A DNA stretch of 64,000 nt from Escherichia phage vB_EcoM_IME537: the sequence record NC_054921.1; one strand, written 5' to 3'. The position numbers and the translations under genes are program-made. The notes beneath the pieces are model-generated. The model made no database searches. It saw nothing but the letters and a program-made list of their open reading frames with translations, and was not told the origin of the DNA. Shown here piece after piece: positions 58,984 through 64,000 of this stretch; position 1 is the stretch's first letter; each line of letters opens with the position of its first letter.

Positions 58984-60694
58984 TAACCTCAACTGGTTTG
59001 TTGGTGTTGTTGAAGATAGAATGGACCCATTAAAATTAGGTCGTGTTCGTGTTCGTGTGGTTGGTCTGCATCCACCCCAAAGAGCGCAAGGCGATGTAAT
59101 GGGTATTCCAACCGATAAATTGCCATGGATGTCAGTTATTCAACCTATAACTTCTGCAGCAATGTCTGGAATTGGAGGTTCTGTTACAGGACCAGTAGAA
59201 GGAACTAGAGTTTATGGTCATTTTTTAGACAAATGGAAAACTAACGGAATTGTCCTTGGCACGTATGGTGGGATAGTTCGCGAAAAACCTAATAGACTTG
59301 AAGGATTTTCTGACCCAACTGGGCAGTATCCTAGACGTCTAGGAAATGATACTAACGTATTAAACCAAGGCGGAGAAGTAGGATATGATTCGTCTTCTAA
59401 TATTATCCAAGATAGCAATCTAGACACTGCGATAAATCCTGATGATAGACCATTATCAGAGATTCCAACTGATGATAATCCAAATATGTCAATGGCTGAA
59501 ATGCTTCGCCGTGATGAAGGATTAAGACTAAAAGTTTATTGGGATACCGAAGGATATCCGACAATTGGTATTGGTCATCTTATCATGAAGCAGCCAGTTC
59601 GTGATATGACCCAAATTAATAAAGTTTTATCAAAACAAGTTGGTCGTGAAATTACCGGAAATCCAGGTTCTATTACAATGGAAGAAGCGGTAACTTTATT
59701 TGAACGCGATTTGGCTGATATGCAACGTGACATTAAATCACATTCTAAAGTTGGCCCAGTTTGGAAAGCAGTTAATCGTTCTCGTCAAATGGCGTTAGAA
59801 AATATGGCATTCCAAATGGGCGTTGGTGGCGTAGCTAAATTTAACACAATGTTAACTGCTATGTTAGCCGGAGATTGGGAAAAAGCATATAAAGCCGGTC
59901 GTGATTCATTGTGGTATCAACAAACAAAAGGCCGTGCATCCCGTGTTACCATGATTATTCTTACAGGGAATTTGGAATCATACGGTATTGAAGTGAAAAC
60001 GCCAGCTAGGTCTTTGTCTGCAATGGCTGCTACTGTAGCAAAGTCTTCTGACCCGGCTGACCCTCCTATTCCGAATGATTCGAGAATTTTATTCAAAGAA
60101 CCTGTTTCTTCATATAAAGGTGAATATCCGTATGTTCACACAATGGAAACTGAAAGCGGTCATATTCAGGAATTTGATGATACCCCTGGGCAAGAACGAT
60201 ACAGATTAGTTCATCCGACTGGAACGTATGAGGAAGTATCACCATCAGGAAGAAGAACAAGAAAAACCGTTGATAATTTGTATGATATAACAAATGCTGA
60301 TGGTAATTTTTTAGTAGCCGGCGATAAAAAGACTAACGTTGGTGGATCAGAAATTTATTACAACATGGATAATCGTCTTCACCAAATAGATGGAAGCAAC
60401 ACAATATTTGTGCGTGGCGATGAAACTAAGACAGTTGAAGGTAATGGAACTATCCTAGTTAAAGGTAATGTTACTATTGTAGTTGAAGGTAATGCTGACA
60501 TTACAGTTAAAGGGGATGCTACTACTTTAGTTGAAGGAAATCAAACTAATACAGTAAATGGAAATCTTTCTTGGAAAGTTGCTGGGACAGTTGATTGGGA
60601 CGTTGGTGGTGATTGGACAGAAAAAATGGCATCTATGAGTTCTATTTCATCTGGTCAATACACAATTGATGGATCGAGGATTGACATTGGCTAA
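58967..60694 (+). CDS. 5: baseplate hub/cell-puncturing protein gp5 with lysozyme domain
   Basis: 575 aa; internal lysozyme domain paralogous to e (EMLRRDEGLRLKVYWDTEGYPTIGIGHL); C-terminal VxGxxxxx beta-helix repeats. Confidence 0.92.
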   Translation: MEMISNNLNWFVGVVEDRMDPLKLGRVRVRVVGLHPPQRAQGDVMGIPTDKLPWMSVIQPITSAAMSGIGGSVTGPVEGTRVYGHFLDKWKTNGIVLGTYGGIVREKPNRLEGFSDPTGQYPRRLGNDTNVLNQGGEVGYDSSSNIIQDSNLDTAINPDDRPLSEIPTDDNPNMSMAEMLRRDEGLRLKVYWDTEGYPTIGIGHLIMKQPVRDMTQINKVLSKQVGREITGNPGSITMEEAVTLFERDLADMQRDIKSHSKVGPVWKAVNRSRQMALENMAFQMGVGGVAKFNTMLTAMLAGDWEKAYKAGRDSLWYQQTKGRASRVTMIILTGNLESYGIEVKTPARSLSAMAATVAKSSDPADPPIPNDSRILFKEPVSSYKGEYPYVHTMETESGHIQEFDDTPGQERYRLVHPTGTYEEVSPSGRRTRKTVDNLYDITNADGNFLVAGDKKTNVGGSEIYYNMDNRLHQIDGSNTIFVRGDETKTVEGNGTILVKGNVTIVVEGNADITVKGDATTLVEGNQTNTVNGNLSWKVAGTVDWDVGGDWTEKMASMSSISSGQYTIDGSRIDIG

Positions 60695-61223
60695 TATACT
60701 TCCAATGAGCGCTGATTTAGGAGAATCCATGGAAGGTTCTTCTATCGACGTCACCTTTACCGCTCAATTAGAAACAGGTGAAACGTTAGTATCTATAAAT
60801 ATAACTAGTTACGAAGAAACTCCTGGGGTTTTAGTAGAAGAAAATCGTTTATATGGAACGTATGAATCTGTGTTTGGATTTGGAAATGACGCATTGAAAT
60901 ATCGTTTAGATGATGAATTTAAAACTGCTGCTTCATGGGAAGACCTTCCAACTGATTCTAATACTCAGTTATATCTATGGAAAGCTCCTCAAAACCTCCA
61001 GAAGACATTCACTTATGAAGTAACATTAATATATGACTACCAAGAACAAAGTGAATCTGGAGGTTCTGGCAGTAATTCTAGGTCATCTTCTGATACTACT
61101 GAACCAACGGATCCTCCTGCTCCAATAAGAAAAACTCTTGTTAAAAATTACACAAAAACTATAGTTGGAAATTGGAGCCGTTGGGCTAATAAATTGAGAA
61201 GCTACGTATATGAGAGGCAATAA
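60666..61223 (+). CDS. 5.1: gp5.1-position baseplate-associated protein
   Basis: 185 aa ORF (start may be the internal Met near 60705). Confidence 0.6.
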
Positions 61224-61516
61224 TGTCAGGATTAAGTTATGATAAGTGTGTTACTGCTGGCCATGAAGCATGGCCTCCAACAGTTGTGAATGCTACACAA
61301 AGTAAAGTATTCACTGGAGGAATTGCTGTTCTCGTAGCAGGTGATCCAATTACAGAACATACAGAAATTAAAAAGCCATATGAAACACATGGCGGAGTGA
61401 CACAACCTAGAACTTCTAAGGTATATGTCACTGGAAAGAAAGCTGTTCAAATGGCTGATCCAATATCATGCGGTGATACTGTGGCTCAGGCATCATCTAA
61501 AGTATTCATTAAATAG
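61223..61516 (+). CDS. 5.4: PAAR-repeat spike tip protein gp5.4
   Basis: 97 aa; same size and position as T4 gp5.4. Confidence 0.8.
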
Positions 61517-61524
61517 GATTTAAA

Positions 61525-63507
61525 ATGGCAAATACCCCTGTAAATTATCAATTAACAAGAACAACAAATGCTATTCCCGAGATATTCGTCGGGGGTACAT
61601 TTGCTGAAATAAAACAAAACCTCATTGAATGGCTTAATGGCCAAAATGAATTTTTGGATTATGATTTTGAAGGCTCAAGATTAAACGTTCTGTGTGACCT
61701 TTTAGCTTATAATACATTATACATTCAGCAGTTTGGTAATGCTGCCGTATATGAAAGCTTTATGCGTACTGCTAACTTACGTAGTTCAGTAGTTCAAGCG
61801 GCGCAAGATAATGGATATTTACCTACTTCAAAATCAGCTGCTCAAACTGAAATTATGCTAACTTGTACAGACGCATTGAATAGAAATTACATTACTATTC
61901 CTCGTGGTACTCGCTTTTTAGCATATGCAAAAGATACTTCTGTTAATCCTTATAACTTTGTCTCTACCGAAGATGTTATTGCTATTCGTGATAAAAATAA
62001 CCAGTATTTTCCACGTTTAAAATTAGCCCAGGGACGTATAGTAAGAACTGAAATCATTTATGATAAATTAACACCTATTATCATTTATGACAAAAATATA
62101 GATAGAAACCAAGTTAAACTATACGTTGATGGAGCAGAATGGATTAACTGGACAAGAAAGTCAATGGTTCATGCTGGTTCTACATCAACAATTTACTACA
62201 TGCGTGAAACTATTGATGGAAATACTGAATTTTATTTTGGTGAAGGTGAGATTTCTGTTAACGCGGCAGAAGGAGCATTGACCGCTAATTATATTGGAGG
62301 TCTTAAACCTACCCAGAACTCTACGATTGTTATTGAGTACATCAGTACTAACGGTGCAGATGCGAATGGTGCAGTCGGATTTTCATACGCAGATACATTA
62401 ACAAATATAACTGTCATCAATATTAACGAAAATCCAAATGATGACCCAGATTTTGTTGGGGCAGATGGCGGCGGCGATCCAGAAGATATTGAGCGTATTC
62501 GCGAATTGGGTACTATTAAACGCGAAACCCAGCAACGCTGCGTAACTGCAACCGACTATGATACATTCGTCTCAGAAAGATTCGGTTCTATTATTCAAGC
62601 GGTTCAGACTTTCACTGATTCTACTAAACCTGGTTATGCATTTATTGCTGCTAAACCTAAATCAGGACTATATTTAACTACTGTACAACGTGAAGATATT
62701 AAAAATTATCTAAAAGATTATAATTTAGCTCCTATTACACCATCAATTATTTCTCCTAATTATCTTTTTGTTAAGACTAATTTAAAAGTCACATATGCTT
62801 TAAATAAGCTGCAAGAATCAGAACAGTGGCTAGAAGGTCAAATAATTGATAAAATTGATCGTTATTATACCGAAGACGTAGAAATTTTTAATTCATCTTT
62901 CGCTAAATCTAAGATGTTGACATATGTAGATGATGCAGATCATTCTATCATTGGCTCATCCGCGACAATTCAAATGGTACGTGAAGTACAAAACTTCTAT
63001 AAAACGCCTGAAGCGGGTATTAAATACAATAATCAAATAAAAGATCGTTCTATGAAATCTAATACGTTTTCATTTAATTCTGGACGAAAAGTTGTAAATC
63101 CTGATACTGGTTTAGAAGAAAATGTATTATATGACGTTCGTATAGTATCAACAGACCGAGATTCTAAAGGAATTGGTAAAGTTATTATTGGTCCATTTGC
63201 TTCGGGTGATGTTACAGAAAATGAAAACATTCAGCCATATACAGGCAATGATTTTAATAAATTAGCAAGTTCCGATGGACGTGACAAATACTATGTTATC
63301 GGTGAAATAAATTATCCAGCTGACATGATTTATTGGAATATCGCTAAAATTAATTTAACATCCGATAAATTTGAGGTTCAGACTATTGAGCTATATTCTG
63401 ATCCAATAGACGATGTTATTTTCACGCGCGATGGTTCACTGATTGTATTTGAAAATGATTTACGTCCACAATACTTAACTATCGATTTGGAGCCTATATC
63501 ACAATGA
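61525..63507 (+). CDS. 6: baseplate wedge protein gp6
   Basis: 660 aa, same size and position as T4 gp6. Confidence 0.9.
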   Translation: MANTPVNYQLTRTTNAIPEIFVGGTFAEIKQNLIEWLNGQNEFLDYDFEGSRLNVLCDLLAYNTLYIQQFGNAAVYESFMRTANLRSSVVQAAQDNGYLPTSKSAAQTEIMLTCTDALNRNYITIPRGTRFLAYAKDTSVNPYNFVSTEDVIAIRDKNNQYFPRLKLAQGRIVRTEIIYDKLTPIIIYDKNIDRNQVKLYVDGAEWINWTRKSMVHAGSTSTIYYMRETIDGNTEFYFGEGEISVNAAEGALTANYIGGLKPTQNSTIVIEYISTNGADANGAVGFSYADTLTNITVININENPNDDPDFVGADGGGDPEDIERIRELGTIKRETQQRCVTATDYDTFVSERFGSIIQAVQTFTDSTKPGYAFIAAKPKSGLYLTTVQREDIKNYLKDYNLAPITPSIISPNYLFVKTNLKVTYALNKLQESEQWLEGQIIDKIDRYYTEDVEIFNSSFAKSKMLTYVDDADHSIIGSSATIQMVREVQNFYKTPEAGIKYNNQIKDRSMKSNTFSFNSGRKVVNPDTGLEENVLYDVRIVSTDRDSKGIGKVIIGPFASGDVTENENIQPYTGNDFNKLASSDGRDKYYVIGEINYPADMIYWNIAKINLTSDKFEVQTIELYSDPIDDVIFTRDGSLIVFENDLRPQYLTIDLEPISQ

Positions 63508-64000
63508 CAGTAAAAGCACCTTCAGTCACTAGTCTCAGAATTTCCAAGTTATCCGCAAATCAGGTGCAAGTACGCTGGGATGACGTTGGTGCTAATTTCT
63601 ACTATTTTGTAGAAATCGCTGAGACAAAAACAGACTCGGGGGAAAATCTCCCGAGTAATCAATACAGATGGATTAACTTAGGATATACTGCAAATAACAG
63701 CTTCTTTTTTGATGATGCCGACCCATTGACATCATACATTATTAGAGTAGCCACAGCTGCGCAAGATTTTGAGCAGTCTGATTGGATTTATACCGAAGAG
63801 TTTGAAACTTTTGCTACAAATGCTTATACATTTCAAAACATGATTGAAATGCAATTAGCCAATAAATTCATTCAGGAAAAATTTACTCTTAATAATTCTG
63901 ATTATGTTAATTTTAACAATGACACTATAATGGCTGCGTTGATGAATGAATCATTTCAGTTCAGCCCATCATATGTTGACGTTTCATCAATAAGCAATTT
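63504..64000 (+). CDS. 7: baseplate wedge protein gp7 (5' part; continues beyond window)
   Basis: ATG at 63504 overlapping the gp6 stop; open frame to the window end (MTVKAPSVTSLRISKL...). Confidence 0.75.
   Translation, partial: MTVKAPSVTSLRISKLSANQVQVRWDDVGANFYYFVEIAETKTDSGENLPSNQYRWINLGYTANNSFFFDDADPLTSYIIRVATAAQDFEQSDWIYTEEFETFATNAYTFQNMIEMQLANKFIQEKFTLNNSDYVNFNNDTIMAALMNESFQFSPSYVDVSSISN

Overview
This window reads as a T-even (T4-like, Tequatrovirus) phage genome segment, nearly colinear with phage T4 from the 61.x/dmd-41 region through the start of baseplate gene 7. Gene identities below rest on my recollection of T4 protein sequences and on motifs visible in the supplied translations; no database search was run. 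Early and middle genes lie on the minus strand: helicase 41, uvsX, dCMP hydroxymethylase 42, imm, DNA polymerase 43, regA, clamp loader 62/44, clamp 45, rpbA, 46/47, alpha-gt, sigma factor 55, nrdG, an intron-split nrdD, endo VII (49), nrdC, rI, tk, vs, regB, lysozyme e, nudE, an 8-tRNA cluster interrupted by segB, 57B/57A and genes 1, 3, 2 and 4. Late baseplate genes 53, 5, 5.1, 5.4, 6 and 7 are on the plus strand. The phage looks T2/T6-like rather than reference T4: no denV ORF is present, the T4-type beta-glucosyltransferase is replaced by a different glycosyltransferase-like ORF, and the internal-protein loci differ. Non-coding structure is dominated by a repeated roughly 35-75 bp early-promoter cassette (GTTTAC, 18 bp, TATAGT/TACTAT) and GGGC-UUCG-GCCC hairpins. 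The best candidates for uncharacterised biology are in the nrdC-tk hyperplastic region: a cluster of AAA+-like ATPase, DUF4031-like protein and nucleotidyltransferase, and four tandem coiled-coil paralogs. Others are a tandem family with a shared C-terminal motif near e, a host-like GrcA glycyl-radical gene, a macro-domain gene and several capsid-targeting-leader proteins. Coordinates of tRNAs, promoters, hairpins and intron boundaries are hand-derived and approximate (a few nt).
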